This document shows, in pieces, positions 35,208 through 47,539 of a stretch of DNA of 64,000 nt; position 1 is the stretch's first letter, and each line of letters begins with the position of its first letter. The position numbers and the translations under genes were made by a program. Below the pieces are notes generated by a model. The model saw only the letters and a list, made by a program, of their open reading frames with translations. It had not been told where the DNA came from and did no database searches. The DNA comes from an uncultured Gammaproteobacteria bacterium (GTDB lineage: Bacteria; Pseudomonadota; Gammaproteobacteria; Steroidobacterales; Rariloculaceae). The stretch lies in contig CAVOVT010000007.1 of assembly GCA_963699925.1 (NCBI GenBank), positions 441,008 through 505,007 on the forward strand, in the 5' to 3' direction.

Positions 35208-36977
35208 ATGCTTCGCGCCGCTCGTGTCTGCGCTCTGCATATTTCTGTCGCTACCAGCTCTCCTTGCTCTCTCCACGCGCTGGCGCACGCCGACGGCAAG
35301 ATCGATCAGATCAAGCCCGTCACGGACGCGATGCTCGCGAATCCCGATCCGGCCGACTGGCTGATGTGGCGGCGCACGCTGAACAACTGGGGCTACAGCC
35401 CGCTCAAGGAGATCACGCCGAGCAACGTCAAGCAGCTCCGGCTGGTCTGGACGCGGCCGCTCGCGGCCGGCGACCAGGAGGGCACGGCGCTCGTGCACGA
35501 CGGCATCCTGTACTTCCCGAACCCGAACGACATCACGCAGGCGTTCGACGCCGTGACCGGCGAGTTCATCTGGGAGTACCGGCGCGGCGTGCCCGAGGAC
35601 GTCGGCCAGTACTTCCCGGCCGCGGGCACGAACCGCAACCTCGCGATCTACGACAACCTGATCCTCGACAACGGCGCCGACGGCTACGCGTACGCGCTCG
35701 ACGCGAAGACCGGCAAGCTCGCCTGGGAAACGCACATCCTCGACTACAAGCACGGCGCGAAGAACAGCTCGGGCCCGATCGTCGCGGACGGCAAGGTGAT
35801 CTCGGGCCGCAGCTGCGAGCCCGAGGGCGGCCCCGAGGCCTGCGTCGTCACCGCGTTCGACGCGAAGACCGGCAAGGAGCTCTGGCGGCACCGCACGATC
35901 CCGAAGCCCGGCGAGCCCGGCGACGAGACCTGGGGCAACATCCCGTACGAGCAGCGCTGGCACGTCGGCATGTGGATGGTGCCGAGCTACGACCCGACGA
36001 CGAAGCGCATCTACGTCGGCACGTCGGTCGTCGCGCCCGCGCCGAAGTTCATGCTCGCGGGCAACGACAAGCAGTACCTCTACCACAACTCGACGCTCGC
36101 GCTCGACGTGAACACGGGCAAGATGATTTGGTACTTCCAGCACGTCGTCGACAGCTGGGACCTCGATCATCCGTTCGAGCGGCTGATCGTCGACACCTCG
36201 CTCACGCCGGATCCGAAGTCGGTCAAGTGGATCAACCCGAGCCTGCATCAGGGCGAGACGAAGCGCGTGATCACGGGCATCCCGGGCAAGACCGGCATCG
36301 TCTACACGCTCGACGCGGACACGGGCAAGTTCCTCTGGGCGCGCGAGACGACGCCGCAGAACGTGATCTCGAACATCAACGTCGAATCGGGCGCCGCGAC
36401 CGTGAACCCGGAGACGCTGTTCACGGCGCCGAATCAGACGAAGCTCGTCTGCCCGAGCACGTCCGGCGGCAAGAACTACCCGTCCGGCACGTACAGCCCG
36501 CTCACGGGCACGATGTACTACCCGCTGCAGAACACCTGCATGCAGGAGACCTCGGGCGAGCGCACGCTCGACCCGAACGAGAACAGCCTCTACCGCTTCA
36601 GCGCGAAGATCGAGATCTCGCCGGGCGAGAAGAACGTCGGCACGCTGCAGGCGATCAACGTCGCGACCGGCAAGACGGAATGGAAGTACGAGCAGCGCGC
36701 GGGCATGTTGTCGCTGATGTCGACCGGCAGCGGGCTGCTCTTCGGCGGCGACGTGAACGGGCACTTCCGTGCGTTCGATCAGAAGACGGGCGCGGTGCTC
36801 TGGGACATCAACCTCGGCGCCGCGGTGAACGGCTATCCGGTGACCTACTCGGTCGGCGGCAAGCAGTACGTCGCGATCAGCACGGGCGGCTCGGGCCTCG
36901 CGTACGGGCTCGCGCGCCTGAGCCCCGAGCTGCATCCGGGCATCGGCAACCAGCTGTTCGTGTTCGCGTTGCCGTAG
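35208..36977 (+). CDS. PQQ-dependent dehydrogenase, ADH-like, without the vicinal Cys-Cys motif
   Basis: WGYSPL, eight-blade PQQ propeller repeats, DSWDLDHPFE, GKQYVA; intact ORF. Confidence 0.85.
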   Translation: MLRAARVCALHISVATSSPCSLHALAHADGKIDQIKPVTDAMLANPDPADWLMWRRTLNNWGYSPLKEITPSNVKQLRLVWTRPLAAGDQEGTALVHDGILYFPNPNDITQAFDAVTGEFIWEYRRGVPEDVGQYFPAAGTNRNLAIYDNLILDNGADGYAYALDAKTGKLAWETHILDYKHGAKNSSGPIVADGKVISGRSCEPEGGPEACVVTAFDAKTGKELWRHRTIPKPGEPGDETWGNIPYEQRWHVGMWMVPSYDPTTKRIYVGTSVVAPAPKFMLAGNDKQYLYHNSTLALDVNTGKMIWYFQHVVDSWDLDHPFERLIVDTSLTPDPKSVKWINPSLHQGETKRVITGIPGKTGIVYTLDADTGKFLWARETTPQNVISNINVESGAATVNPETLFTAPNQTKLVCPSTSGGKNYPSGTYSPLTGTMYYPLQNTCMQETSGERTLDPNENSLYRFSAKIEISPGEKNVGTLQAINVATGKTEWKYEQRAGMLSLMSTGSGLLFGGDVNGHFRAFDQKTGAVLWDINLGAAVNGYPVTYSVGGKQYVAISTGGSGLAYGLARLSPELHPGIGNQLFVFALP

Positions 36978-37069
36978 CTCGCCGCGAGGCCGGCAGCAGA
37001 GCGAATCGCGACACGAAAGACGCTGCGGCAGCTACGAACGAACGACGCGATCCGGGGGGAGCGCTAAAC

Positions 37070-38344
37070 ATGGCAGCGACGGTACAGACTTCGGAGGCCA
37101 CGAGCTCCGGCATTCTCACGACCTTCGGGCGCGACGGTCGGGCTCGCGTTCGGACCGAGCGTGATCTCGACGCTCACGAGCGGCCTGTACATCCCGCCGA
37201 TCGAGAAAGAGTTCGGCTGGACGCCGCGTCGACGTGTCGTTCGCGTTCACGATCGTCGCGTACATGGTCGTCTTGATGTCGCCGCTCCAGGGCTTCCTCG
37301 TCGACCGCTTCGGCCCGCGCCGCGTGATTCTCACGTCGATTCCGCTGTTCGGCGCTGAGCCTCGCGGCGCTGTATTTCACGCCGCCGAATCTGCTCGTCT
37401 ACTACATCCTCTGGGGGCTCACGCCCGTGCTCGGCGTCGGGCTGTGGCCGATCGCGTATCTGCAAGCCGTCACGCCGTGGTTCGACCGCAAGCTCGGCCT
37501 CTCGCTCGGCTGCGCGAACGCCGGCATCGGCCTCGGCAGCACGCTGCTGCCGATGCTCGTGATCGGCCCGATGATCGCGCACTACAGCTGGCGGCACGCG
37601 CTGCTCGCGCTCGCCGCGCTCGTCGTGTTCGTGAGCTGGCCGATCGTCGCGTTTTGCTTGCGCGAGCCGTCCGCCGCCGACGCCGCCGCCGTGAAGCAGC
37701 GCGCCGCGAAGCGATCGTTCGGCATACCGTTCGATCAGGCGATGCGCGACCGCACGTTCGTGCTGCTCAACGTCGTGTTCTTCTTGCTCGGCCTCACCGC
37801 GACGAGCCTCAGCAGCCAGCAGGTCGCCGCTGCTCCGCGACGCCGGCTGGACGCGCGGCCGAGACGACCACGCTCGCGACGACGTTCGGCTTCGGCCTGC
37901 TGTTCGCGCGCGTCGCGGTCGGGTTCGTGATCGACCACGTGTTCGCGCCGCGAGTGATGATGACGGTGTCGATCGGCGGCGCCGATCGCGTGCGTCCTGT
38001 ACGCGACGCATCCGGAGCTCGGCTACATCAGCGCGCTGCTGGTCGGCTTCCTGCTCGGCGCCGAGTTCGACGTGCTCGCGTTCCTGATCAAGCGCTACTA
38101 CGGCAACGTCGCGTACGGCCGGATCTACGGCGTGATCTTCGGCGTGTTCTATCTCGGCTCGGGCATCGGCATCAACGCGTTCGCAGGGCGCTTGCACGAC
38201 GCTACGGCAACTACACGCCGCGCTCTACGCCGCGGCCGGCGTACTCACGGCGTCCGCGGTCTTGCTCGTGATGATGCCGAGGTATCGGTACGTCGTCGGC
38301 GCGGACGCCGCGTGCCCGCCGAGCCCGCGCCGCAGAGCGCGTAG
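37070..38344 (+). CDS. MFS transporter (frameshifted)
   Basis: GFLVDRFGPRRV motif A, WFDRKLGL, GAEFD, YYG..AYGRIYG. Confidence 0.85.
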
Positions 38345-38378
38345 CGCGCGCTGCGGCGCAGCGGACGAGCGTCGCTCG

Positions 38379-40012
38379 CTACTGCAAACCGACCGGCTGC
38401 GGCAAGAACGCGCCCGCGCCGGCGGGCAGCGTGTTCACGAGCGTCAGCGCGCCGGTCGTCTGGTCGACCGAGTACGACGGACACATTGGCGCCCGCGGTG
38501 CTCGTCACGTAGGCGTACCTTCCCGACGGATCGGCAATCAGGACGAACGGCAGATCGGCCGGCGTCGTGACGTCGCCGGCGAGCGTCGGCACACCGGTGG
38601 TCTGGTCGATCGAGTAGCGCTGGAGCGTTCCGTTCGAGCCGTTGACCTGGTAGAGGAACTTGCCGGACGGATGCAGCCACGGGAACAGCGTCGCGCCGTT
38701 GGAGCTATACGGCGATCCGGCGAGCGGCGTGAGCGCGCCGGTCGTCGCATTGAACGCGAACGCGGCAATCGACGGCGCCGGCGGCGAAGTGCCCGGACGG
38801 CGCGCGAGCGCGAGATAGACGACGCTCAGTCGGCGCTCGTACATGAAGATGCCGCTCGGGCGCGTTCCGGCGGCCCCGCCGCGTTGCGACCGGCGATCCG
38901 ACCATCGACAGCGTGCCGGCCGAATCCACGGCCATGACCGCGAGCGTGCTCGACGCCTGATTGACCACGATCAAGAACTTGCCGTCCGGCGTCAGCGCGG
39001 CGAGCCGGGTTGTCGCCGCCCGTCGGGACCGGCGTGCCGTTCGGCGTCAGGACGCCCGACGGCGAGCTGATTTGGTAGGCGGAGATCCTGCCGGTCGTGA
39101 CCGCGGACGCATCGGTCGCCAGGAACAGGTACTTGCCCGTCGAATCGATGGCGGGGGTTTGCCCGTCGAAGCCGACGGACAGGGGAAGCCCGGTATCTCG
39201 GCAAGATCGCCCGTCGACGTGTTGAGCGCCGCGCCGTAAAGCGGTCGCCGCCGGAATCGGGATCGACAGGTAGCCGAACAGGCCGGACGGATGCAGCGCC
39301 GGCAAATTTATCGCGAGCGAGCCCGGCGCCGGGGGGTTGGTAGCGCTGAGAGGATACGGCGAGTTCGCGAGCTCGGACAGCACACCGCTCGTTCCGTCGA
39401 GCGAGAACCCGGAGACCTGCGGCGCATTCGTGGACGATGCCCAGCGTCGTCACGTAGACGAACTTGCCGGTCGGCTCCGCCGTCACGTAGCGCGGAGCTC
39501 GGCTCCGTCGCGAACGGCGAGCCGGCGACAGCCGTGAGCGCGCCCGTGCTCGCGTTGATCGTGTAGCCGCTCACGTTGTTCGCGGTCGGATTCGTGACGT
39601 AGAGAAACTTGCTGAACTTCGTCACGCAGTTCACGGCGATGTTCGTGACCGACGCGCCCGCGACGTTGCCGTCGCCGTTCGTGACCGTGCAGACCTGGAG
39701 CGGGCCGATGTTCGGCTGCGTCTCGACCGAGACGGAGTAAACGCCGCCGTTCGGCCACGACCGTCGGGAACGTGAAGGCCGTGGGTCGAGCCGATCGTGA
39801 CTTCTTCGCCGCCATTGTTCTGCAGCACGAGGCCGGTCGACGCGAGGCCCGTCACGGTGCCTCCGACCGGAAATGACGTCTGCGTGATCATCGGGGCGCC
39901 GCTCCCGCCGCTCCGCCACCGCCACCTCCGCCGCAAGCAGCCAAGAGAAATGAGCAGAAAAGACTAGTGGCCGCTACGCGACAACGTGCTGAAAGCATGC
40001 GATCGATCCCAT
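38379..40012 (-). CDS. lipoprotein with N-terminal beta-sandwich and lactonase-family beta-propeller (multiple frameshifts)
   Basis: LAACGG lipobox; VGGTVTGL..TGLVLQNNG; repeats of P.GKFLYV and TGALT...GSP. Confidence 0.7.
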
Positions 40013-40128
40013 TCGAAAATCTCGGCGCCGGAGTGTCCAAGCTCGGACCCGCCAAGTCAAACGCGCGCGCGGGCCTGAGAAGTCCGTCCCAGCAAATGGG
40101 GTTATAAGCTGCGCGAGACGTGGTGGGG

Positions 40129-40496
40129 CTACAACCTCACCGCGGTGAACGGGGTCGGCATCGGGCCGAGATGCAGCGTGCCCGATCAACGTGCCATCCG
40201 CCCCGAGCGTCGCCTCGTACTCGACATGGTTCGTGATTGCCGTTGAACACGACGTCGTAGCCCCAGGTCGCTTTCGTGCCGCTGACCGTCCCGGTCGTGG
40301 CGCTCGGATCGAATTGCGCGGGCTTGCACGTCCCGGTCAGCGCGTCGCCGCGCTGCACGAGCGTGCATTGGATCGAGACCGGGTTGTCGCCGACCTTCGA
40401 GCTGATGTTCCAGGTGCCCGAGAAGTCCGCGGCGAACGCCGCGCCGGCAGCGAGCAACGCGCCGACCGCCAACAGACCGTGTGTCATCGTCCGCAT
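40129..40496 (-). CDS. small secreted beta-rich hypothetical protein (frameshifted)
   Basis: signal peptide AFA|ADFSGTW, two Cys, LTGTC. Confidence 0.6.
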
Positions 40497-40563
40497 GTTC
40501 GACCTCGCAGTGGCCCTCGAGAAACGCCCGCGGCCACGCGCTCGAGCGAGGTTTCGGCACGAT

Positions 40564-42221
40564 CTACTTTCGCGCGCCCTTCTTTTTCTTCGCTTTCGAG
40601 CTCGTCTTCGGAGCCGCGCGCTTCGCGCTCGGCCGCGACTTGGCTCGCCGTTGCAGCGAAAAGTCGTCCGGATTGATCAGATCCGGCACCGTCCAGCCGT
40701 CCAAGTCGTACTCGGCCATGCACTGCTCCGCGAAGCCCTTGAACTTCGCCGCGTTGCCGTTGCCGAGCGCGCCGAACAGCGCGTAGCGGCGGATCTCCTC
40801 GGTGCTGCCGCCGTAGTTGATCTCGTAGAGCTCGTGGCGTGCGCCGAACTCGGTGCCGAGGCAATCCCAGAGCAGCTTCATGAGCTTGATGCGCTGCTCG
40901 GCCGTGTAGCCGTTGCTGCCGCGCATGTAGCGGTCGATGTACGGACGGATCGCGGGATTGTCGAAGTCGCGCGCGTGCGAGTTCAGATAGATCAAGCCCG
41001 ACGCGACCGTCTGCTCGATCAGGTATTTGATCTTCGTGTACGCGATCGTCGCGAGCACCTGATACGCGTTGCCGGGATCGGGGTTCGGCAGGAGATACGG
41101 CCCCTTCCACGGCCGCGGGTCGCGGACCATCGCCTCCGTGAGCGCCCAGAACATGTTGCGCCAGGCGATCACCTCGCCGACGTTCGCCTGCACGCCGCGA
41201 TAGTCCTTCGTGCCCGCCGCCTCGACGGCCTTGAGCAGAAGCCCCGCGATGAAGTCGAGCTTCACCGCGAGCCGCGTGCAGCCGTGCACGACGAAGCGCG
41301 GCAGGAAGCCCGGTGCGCGGGAAGAAGTTGTTCGCCTTCTCGACGTCGCCGAAGACGAACACGTTCTCCCACGGCACGAACACGTTGTCCATGATGAACA
41401 CCGCGTCGTTCTCGTCGAGCCGCGACGAGAGCGGCTGATCGAACGGGCTCGACATCACGGTCGCGGTCATCTCGTACGACGTGCGGCAGAGGAACTTCAC
41501 GCCGGGCGCGTTGGTCGGCACCATGAACACGAGCGCGAACTTCTTGTCGTTCAGCGGGATCAGCCCGTGATGCGCGATGAACGTGTAGTTCGTGAGCACG
41601 GAGCCCGTCGCGACGACCTTCGCGCCCGACACGTAGATGCCGCCGTCGGTCTCTTTCTCGACGTGCACGCAGACGTCGGCGACTTGATCCGGCGGCTTGT
41701 CGCGGTCGACCGGCGGATGAATGATCGCGTGATTCACGAACGGCACGCGCTCTTGGCAGAACGTGTACCAGCGTCTCGCGTTCGCCTCGAACGGCGCGTA
41801 GAACTCCGCGTTGCCGCCGAGCGTGCCCAAGAACGCGGCCTTGTAGTCGGGCGAGCGGCCCATCCAGCCGTACGTGATCCGCTGCCATTCCGCGATCGCG
41901 TCGCGGCCCGCGATCGATTCCTCGACCGATCTTCGGCGCCTTGAAGAACGCGTGCGTCTTGCCCTTGCCGTCGGTGTCCGTCGGCAGCAGCAGCTTGTCG
42001 CGGCGCGCCGGGTCGTGCAGCGCGTCGAACAGGCGCGCGGTCATCCGCGCCGTGTTGCGAAACGCGGGATGCTTCGTGACGTCCGCGACGCGCTCGCCGT
42101 AGATGTAGACCTCGCGCCCGTCGCGCAGGGATTCGAGATACTCCGCGCCGGTCTGCGGCTTGCTGCAGCGCACGTTGCCGATCGCTTCGGGCGTCACCGC
42201 CGTCGCGCGTTTGGAAGCCAT
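40564..42221 (-). CDS. hpaB: 4-hydroxyphenylacetate 3-monooxygenase/phenol hydroxylase oxygenase subunit (frameshifted)
   Basis: [68 protein letters not shown]. Confidence 0.85.
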
Positions 42222-42293
42222 GCTTTCCCCCGTTCGTCTTTGGTCGTTCTATCGCGGCGTCGAGCGCAGCGACGTGCGTGAAAGGCCAGCGCT

Positions 42294-43175
42294 TTAGCCG
42301 AGCACCTGCGCGATCGCCTCGGGACCTTGCGCCGGCGCCATCACGTGCGCGCCGGCGACGCCGCGAATCTCGCGCAACCCCGCGATCAGCTCGGCGCAGA
42401 TCGCGCGGCCTTCCGCGGCCTGATCCTTCGCGCCCTCGAGCCGCTGGATCGTCGCGTCGGGCACGTGCACGCCGAATAGGTTCTCGTTCATCCAGCGCGC
42501 GGACTTCGCGGACCTGATCGGGCCGACGCCGATGATCACTCCGAGCTTGTCGGTGATCCCTTCGTCGCGCAGCCGGCCGATGTACGCGCGCACGACGTCG
42601 AGGTCGAAGCCGAACTGCGTCTGCGCGAAACCCGCGCCGGCTTCGATCTTCGCGAGCAGCGGACCGGGCTTCCAGTTCGCGTCGGGACGGCGCGGCACGT
42701 CGGCCGCGCCGAGGAAGAAGCGCGGCGCCGGCTCCACTTTGCGGCCCGACGGCAGCTCGCCTTTGTCGCGCAAATCGCGCGCGAGCGCGAGCAACTGACC
42801 CGATTCGAGATCGAACACCGGCTTCGCGTCGGGCTGGTCGCCGCCCTTCGGATCGTCGCCCTTGAGGATCAGCAGATTGCGGATTCCTTGCGCGGCGGCG
42901 CCGATCAAGTCGCCGGCGAGCGCGATCCGATTGCGGTCGCGGCAAGTCACCTGGAGGATCGGCTCGTAGCCGTTTCCTGCGAGAATCGCGGCGGCCGCGA
43001 AGCTGCTCATCGACGTCTTGCCCGCGGCCGCGTCGGTCACGTTGATCGCGTCGACCTTGCCCTTGAGGAGCTCGGCTTCCGCCAGCAGCTTCGTCGGCGC
43101 CGCGGACAGCGGCGGCACGATCTCCGCCGTGATCACGAATCGGCCGGACCTGACTTTTTCTTCGAGATTCGCCAT
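42294..43175 (-). CDS. metF: methylenetetrahydrofolate reductase family protein
   Basis: AEIVPP, DAINVTD, TCRDRNRIAL, GDDP, KIEAGAGFAQTQ, GAHVM. Confidence 0.8.
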   Translation of the reverse strand: MANLEEKVRSGRFVITAEIVPPLSAAPTKLLAEAELLKGKVDAINVTDAAAGKTSMSSFAAAAILAGNGYEPILQVTCRDRNRIALAGDLIGAAAQGIRNLLILKGDDPKGGDQPDAKPVFDLESGQLLALARDLRDKGELPSGRKVEPAPRFFLGAADVPRRPDANWKPGPLLAKIEAGAGFAQTQFGFDLDVVRAYIGRLRDEGITDKLGVIIGVGPIRSAKSARWMNENLFGVHVPDATIQRLEGAKDQAAEGRAICAELIAGLREIRGVAGAHVMAPAQGPEAIAQVLG

Positions 43176-43298
43176 ACATGCTCCTAACGACTGCGCCCCG
43201 CCGCTTCGGCGGGCGCGGCGCTCGATTCTACGCAAAGCGCTCGCCGAGTACTCGTCTGTCCGCGGAGGACGGTCACGCGGGTGCGTCGCGCCGTATCG

Positions 43299-45271
43299 TC
43301 ACGGCAGAGCGAACGCGACGAGCGCCTGCCCTTCCGGCGACTCGGCGCCGTCGATCGCGCTCGCGCCCGCGGCCACGATCGCAACGTACTGCTTGGCGTC
43401 CGGCCCGACGTACGTGATCGGAACCGCATGCGCGCTGAGCTCGAGCTTCCCAACCCAGAGCTCCGCACCGGTCCGCGAGCTGAATGCGCGGAAGCGCCGA
43501 TCGTTCGTCGCGCCGATGAACACGAGACCGCCGGCCGTTGCGATCGGGCCGCCGAGATTCACGCGCCCGGTGCGCCGCTTGGCCTCCGGAAGCTCCTCGG
43601 TGATGCCGAGCGGCACGGCCCAAGCGATCTCGCCGCTCGCCGCGTTGACCGCGACGAGCTGTCCCCACGGCGGTTTTTGGCATGGCCACGCGCGCTCGCC
43701 GCCGCCCGCGTCGTCGGGCGCCGTACCGCTCCACCAGAAGTGGGCGAACGGCCCCGCCACCGGGCTCGCGTGCCGGTAACGCGCGGCGTCATCCGCGGGC
43801 GCGCCCTCCCCCGCGGCTGCCGCGGCGTCGTCCGCGACCGCGTCCAGCCAGCCGAGGCTGCCGAGGTCAGACGTGTTCACGAACACGACGCCGAGCCGTC
43901 GGGTCCGCCGCCGCACCGCCCCAGTTCGCGCCGCCGATGGAGCCCGGGAACACGAGCGTCGTGCGCGGCGGCTTGCCTTCGGCGTGGAAGCGATACGGCG
44001 TGAACGGGCCGGAGCTCTGGAACCCGCCGCCGCGCTCGCGCAGCGCGCGGCAGAAGTCCGCGTGCATCGCGTTGGTGTCCTCGCGCGTCACGAGATCTTC
44101 GGGTGCAAACGAGACGCGCGCGATCGGCGGCGGCTTCAGCGGAACGGGCTGCGTCAAAGCCAAGTGCTCGCCCGGCACGTCGCTCGGGGCCACCGGCCGC
44201 TCCTCGACGCCGAACACCGGCACTCCGGTCGCGCGATTCAACACGTAGAGATAGCCGCTCTTGCCGGGCTGCGCGAGCACCGGGACCGTCGCGCCGCCGA
44301 TCGCGACGTCGAGCAGCGCGGGCGCCGCCGGCAAGTCGTAGTCCCAGACGTCGTGGTGCACCGTCTGAAAGTGCCAGCGGCGTTCGCCGGTGCGTGCGTC
44401 GAGAGCGACGACGGAGTTCGCATAGAGATTGTCGCCGGGTCGATCGCCGCCGAAGCCGTCGTCCGGCGCCGGGCCCGCGAGCGACGCGTAGAGCAGCGCG
44501 CGATCGACGTCGACGGTGAACGAGAACGACCAGCCCAGCACGCTCGCGCGCTCGGCGGACCGCGCTCCCCACGTCTCGCGACCCGGCTCGTCCGCTTGCG
44601 GCACCGCGTCGAACACCCAGACCGGCGCCCCGGTGCGCACGTCGAAGGCGCGCACGCCGCCCGGCGGACCGTTCGAGCCGACGATCAGTAGATTTTCGAA
44701 ACGAGTCGGCGCGGCGTTGTAGACGACCGGCATCTCGATCTCGCCCGTGCCGCCGAAGGAAAGCGCCTTGCGCCCGGTCGCGGCGTCGAGCGCGATCAGA
44801 CGTCGGCCGGCCGTGAAGAACACTCTGCGCGGGAGCGTCGCGGTCTCCCGGCCAATACGCGAGCCCCCGGCGCGAGGGCGAGCCGCGATCGAGCACGTGT
44901 CGCCAGAGCTCTTGACCGCTGTCGGCCTGCAACGCGACGACGCGGTCGGCGGCGGTGACGAACAAGGTCCCGGCAATCACGATCGGCGTGGCCTCGGAGC
45001 CGCCGGTGAGACTGCCCGTCGTCGTGTTGCGACCGAGCGGATAGACCCACGCTTGTTTGAGCTCCGCAACGTTGCCCGAGTCGATCTGCTCGAGCGGAGA
45101 GAAGCGCGTGCCCGCGAGATCGCGGTTGTACGAGGGCCAGTCGCCCGCGTCGAGGTGCTCTTCGACGGGCGGCGGCGCGAGCGAGGAGGTCGCGCTCGGT
45201 CCCGGCGAGCATGCCGCCAAGCCCGCGAGCGCACACGCCGCGACGACGCGCGGCGCGGTGATCCTGTGCAT
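43299..45271 (-). CDS. PQQ-dependent glucose/quinate dehydrogenase-like lipoprotein (frameshifted)
   Basis: LAAC lipobox, GTRFSPL, HHDVWDYDLP, PGSIGGANWGG, PCQKPPWG, GGPIATAGGLVF. Confidence 0.85.
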
Positions 45272-45423
45272 CGCGAGCCCTCCGGCCGTTCGGTCGCCGG
45301 AATTCTAGCACCGCGCGCACGCCGGCCCGGGCGGGAGGTAGCTCAAGTCGCGGCAGCGCTTCTCGCTCGCGACCGCGGCCGATACAATGTGGCGATTCGC
45401 TTAGGCGCCAATCGGACAGAACC

Positions 45424-45993
45424 ATGAACCGAACTCTTCGTCTCCAATTGTGGGTCGCCGCGGGGCTCGCAGGCAGCGCGTTCGCGTCGGCGGCCGAATG
45501 GAAGGTCGTCCCGGAGACGAGCAACGTATCGTTCACGGGCTCGCAGCAGGGAACGAAATTCAACGGCCGCTTCGGCACGTTCACGGCGCACATCAACCTC
45601 GACGCGAAGGACCCGACCAAGGGCACCATCGCGGGCACCGTCCAGGTCGACAGCGTCAACACACGGGATCACGACCGCGACTCGCAGTTGCTCGAGAAGG
45701 ACTGGTTCAACGCGAAGGAATTCCCCGAGGCGAAGTTCGAGTCGCAGAAGATCGAGAAGGCCGCGGACGGGTCTTATCAGGCGACCGGTAAGCTCACGCT
45801 CAAGGGCACGACGAAGCCCGCGGTCATGACGTTCACGTTCGGAACGGCACCGTCCGGCGGCGCGGGCTCCGCGCAGTTCGCGGGCACACTGAAAATCAAT
45901 CGCTTCGACTTCAACGTCGGCGAAGGCTGGAACGACACGAGCTGGGTGTCGCAGGACGTCGCTGTCGAGGTCAAGCTCGACCTGAAGCAGTAA
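45424..45993 (+). CDS. YceI family periplasmic lipid/quinone-binding protein
   Basis: signal peptide, FNGRF, VNT.D..RD..L...WF...FP, GKLTLKG, NRFDF. Confidence 0.9.
   Translation: MNRTLRLQLWVAAGLAGSAFASAAEWKVVPETSNVSFTGSQQGTKFNGRFGTFTAHINLDAKDPTKGTIAGTVQVDSVNTRDHDRDSQLLEKDWFNAKEFPEAKFESQKIEKAADGSYQATGKLTLKGTTKPAVMTFTFGTAPSGGAGSAQFAGTLKINRFDFNVGEGWNDTSWVSQDVAVEVKLDLKQ
45603..45823 (+). repeat. copy 1 of a 221-bp direct repeat (internal part of yceI)
   Basis: matches 48264-48484 with 8 mismatches by manual alignment. Confidence 0.9.
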
Positions 45994-46075
45994 CCCCGCC
46001 GGTGCGCCTCGGCGATGCGACGACAGGGAGCGTCGCCTCGACGATCCGGGATGAGTTCGACCCCCAGCGGGGTGC

Positions 46076-47260
46076 TCAATCGCACACGAACGTGCCTTGA
46101 TCGACGGTGCACTCGTCGGGTGGACCGTACTCGTGCCAGTACGCGGTCAACCCCAGCCGCTCGGCAAGCGGCAGGAAGCGTGCATCGGCACGGAAGCGTT
46201 CGAGCCCGGTTTGCCACAGTCGCCAGTCTCCATCGACCATGGCGCCCGGCGCCATTCGATCGAGACACTGGTTCGCCAACTCATAGGCTGTGTCGAGCTC
46301 TCCCAGAAGCGCGTAGTAATAGCTGCTCTGCAGGCATGGGTAGACTCGTGCGAGGGTCGTTCCGCCCCCGCGGGGCGAGCCCGGCGCGGGATAAAGTTCT
46401 CGGCGCGCGGCGAGGGCGCGTCCCCGCAGGCTCGGATCCTCGAGTGCTGCGTAGACTCGCCGCACTACTTCTGCGGTGCGCAGCTCGTCTGGATCTTCCG
46501 AATTCAGCGCAGAGAGCGAGGCCGCGGCGGCGTCCGCGTACCGGTGAGAGCGCAGCGCGGCAAGCTCGTCCACCAGCCAGAAGTCGACGCGCGGCAGCCC
46601 GAGATCCTCTGCGAAGCGGGCGGACTCGATGGCGTCGGCATCGTGCCCGAGCAGGGATGCCGCGAAAGCACGTAACTGCACGACCGCCAGATTGGCCGGC
46701 GCGAGCCCGACGGCCGTGTCCTGCTCGGCGAGCGCCTCGCGCAGGTGTCCGACCTCATCGAGCCGGTAGCCTTCGGCCAGGTGCTGAGTCGCATCGCTCG
46801 GATCGAGGGCGATGGCCGCCCTGCCCTGCGTTTCCGACTCCACGAACTGCCGGCGCTTGCTTGCGGCGTTGCCGAGGACCTTGTGCGCATCGGCCAGGGT
46901 CGGATCGAGGCGCATCGCTTCTCGGCCCGCGCTCTCGGCCGCGGCCAGGTTCGCGAGCGGCTGAATCCCGAACCCGGCGGAGATCAACTTGGCCGTGCCC
47001 ATCATGGCGAGCGCACGGGCGAACTTCGGATCGCGATCGAGCGCTTGCTGGAAGTAATCCGCAGCACGCTCGAATCCGTGCCGGGTCGGCCGGTCCATGA
47101 ACGCCTCGCCTTTGAGGTAGAGATCGTAGGCGATCACATCCGTCGTGGGCGGCGAGCGGCTGAGCGAGACACCGTTCAGGTTGATCTTGAGCGCCCTCAC
47201 GATCGCGACGGCGAGATCGTCCTGCAGCGCGAACAGATCTGTGAACTTGCGGTCGTAGCG
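46076..47260 (-). pseudogene. 5'-truncated TolB-like/TPR regulator (C-terminal part only)
   Basis: begins abruptly at RYDRKFTDLFALQDDLA; TPRs; ends YW..YGPPD.C like 48588-50354. Confidence 0.7.
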
Positions 47261-47489
47261 CGTAAGACGAGCGTGATCTTGTCGCCCGGCTTGAGAGTCC
47301 GCGGCCGCCAGCCGCCGCGGTACAGCGACGCCGTTGCGCCCATCTGCACGCTCCATTCGACGGGCTGGTCGCCCGAGGCGACGATCAGCGGATCCAGCAA
47401 TGGGGATTGGTCCACTGGAACTCCTTGACGGTCCCCTCGATCTCGACGCTCTTGTCGGTGTCGAACATCGCGTAGGAGTGGTGCGCCAT
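47261..47489 (-). pseudogene. DUF6152 fragment lacking signal peptide and C-terminus
   Basis: MAHHSYAMFD...FQWTNPH, W...GW...LKPGDKITL, then breaks into the TPR fragment. Confidence 0.7.
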
Positions 47490-47493
47490 GTCG

Positions 47494-47539
47494 TTGACCA
47501 CTTTAGTGACCATAGGCATAATAGTGGTCATATAGTCAC
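47494..47539 (+). promoter_or_regulatory. sigma-70 promoter with overlapping inverted-repeat operator of the toxin-antitoxin operon
   Basis: TTGACC-17bp-CATAAT; TGACCA (x2) facing TGGTCA and TAGTCA. Confidence 0.7.

Noticed and set aside
43299-45271. Lanthanide dependence inferred from WDYD
   Set aside because: The protein belongs to the glucose/quinate dehydrogenase clade, where DxD is normal and not diagnostic
46045-46075. GAGTTCGACCCCCAGCGGGG resembling a tRNA T-arm or att site at the islet edge
   Set aside because: No cloverleaf, no CCA end, no second copy and no integrase
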